Part shown: positions 33,515 through 33,949 of the stretch, one piece after another | Layout: the number at the start of each line of letters is the position of its first letter | How positions within the stretch are numbered: position 1 is the first letter of the stretch | Source: Gemmatimonadota bacterium | GTDB taxonomy: Bacteria > Gemmatimonadota > Gemmatimonadetes > Gemmatimonadales > GWC2-71-9 | Assembly (NCBI GenBank): GCA_020346845.1 | Contig: CP070792.1 | Location: 1 to 33,949 of the forward strand | Direction: 5' to 3' | DNA length: 33,949 nt | The notes under the pieces: generated by a model | What the model saw: the letters and a program-made list of their open reading frames with translations, nothing else | Database searches by the model: none | What the model was told of the DNA's origin: nothing | Position numbers and translations under genes: made by a program

Positions 33515-33949
33515 TCAGTGTAGCTCCGCTTCGAGTTCTCTCACTGCTTTGTCCGGGTCATAATCGGTGTACTGCCCTCTGCGTCGCTTTTGGTCGAGCC
33601 AACGCTCCAACCCTGATTCAACTAGTCCTTCTGAAATCGTTTGATCGGTCGCTGCCTGTATAGCGAGGTCATTAACATACTCATTCTTGGCGTGCCCGGC
33701 GTGACCACGCACCCACCGCCACGTCACTTCGTGACCCGCGGCCACTCTTACCAACCGCTTCCACAGTTCGAGATTCTCAACCTTGCCACCCTTGCGTTTC
33801 CAACCGCGCGAACGCCAGCCGGGAACCCACTCGGTGATTCCCTTCACCAAGTACTGCGAGTCAGAGACATAGACCAGCTTGAGATGTGACCGCTGCTCGG
33901 AGAGCAAAGCAATTGTGGCGATTGCACCGGACAAGGCCATGCGGTTGTT
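33515..33949 (-). CDS. rnhA: RNase HI-like protein, N-terminus outside the window
   Basis: The sequence is colinear with E. coli RNase HI from the NNRM motif onward (SDSQYLVKGITEWVPGWRSRGWK, WRWVRGHAGHAKNE). It has a C-terminal extension of about 40 aa. The reading frame is open to the window edge. Confidence 0.75.
   Translation of the reverse strand, partial: NNRMALSGAIATIALLSEQRSHLKLVYVSDSQYLVKGITEWVPGWRSRGWKRKGGKVENLELWKRLVRVAAGHEVTWRWVRGHAGHAKNEYVNDLAIQAATDQTISEGLVESGLERWLDQKRRRGQYTDYDPDKAVRELEAELH

Noticed and set aside
27243-33949. Phage origin of the thyA, folA, dCMP deaminase and RNase H set (T4 encodes td, frd, cd and rnh).
   Set aside because: The window contains no capsid, tail, terminase, integrase or other phage hallmark genes. 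The thyA-folA overlap is a common bacterial arrangement. The intervening genes are lipid-metabolism and envelope genes.
1-33949. CRISPR arrays, IS elements, long tandem repeats and rRNA genes.
   Set aside because: Visual scanning found none. The only structured non-coding elements are one tRNA and several GC-rich hairpins at gene ends. A computational repeat search could still find short dispersed repeats that I missed.

Overview
This is a densely coding, moderately GC-rich bacterial chromosomal window with about 35 protein genes and one tRNA-Cys. I saw no rRNA, CRISPR array, transposase, integrase or phage structural gene. All calls come from reading the ORF translations and the DNA by eye; no database search was run.

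Gene content, left to right:
- A CheY-like receiver and a large PAS-rich hybrid histidine kinase, followed by tRNA-Cys(GCA).
- A block of four predicted exported enzymes: a metzincin-type zinc protease, a Tat-signal Gfo/Idh/MocA (GH109-like) oxidoreductase, an EEP-family lipoprotein and a Tat-signal LanC-like protein.
- A cold-shock protein, then tryptophanase with a small lipoprotein.
- A DtxR-FeoA-FeoA fusion regulator overlapping feoB, with a DtxR/IdeR-like operator at its promoter.
- A co-directional minus-strand string: tandem Usp, CBS pair, GAF kinase, OmpR-type regulator, membrane kinase and two monohaem cytochromes c.
- A small unannotated membrane ORF, an AT-richer beta-barrel OMP, a truncated CPA1 Na+/H+ antiporter remnant, a PAS kinase and a stand-alone EF-G paralogue.
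- A long, tightly packed minus-strand string: RNase HI (partial), dCMP deaminase, three hypothetical proteins (zinc-ribbon, 2-TM membrane, lipoprotein), geranylgeranyl-reductase-like flavoprotein, eukaryote-type squalene synthase, thyA and folA.

I found no clear new multi-gene system such as a defence island. The observations most worth follow-up are:
- The exported LanC-like protein has a Cys-Cys-Gly zinc motif and no lanthipeptide machinery nearby.
- The possibly membrane-anchored DtxR-FeoA fusion sits next to FeoB.
- folA has no canonical start codon and overlaps the thyA stop.
- Squalene synthase is translationally coupled to thyA.
- An uncharacterised three-gene cassette sits inside the dTMP-synthesis gene string.
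- The RNase HI homologue has Ala at the catalytic Glu48 position.
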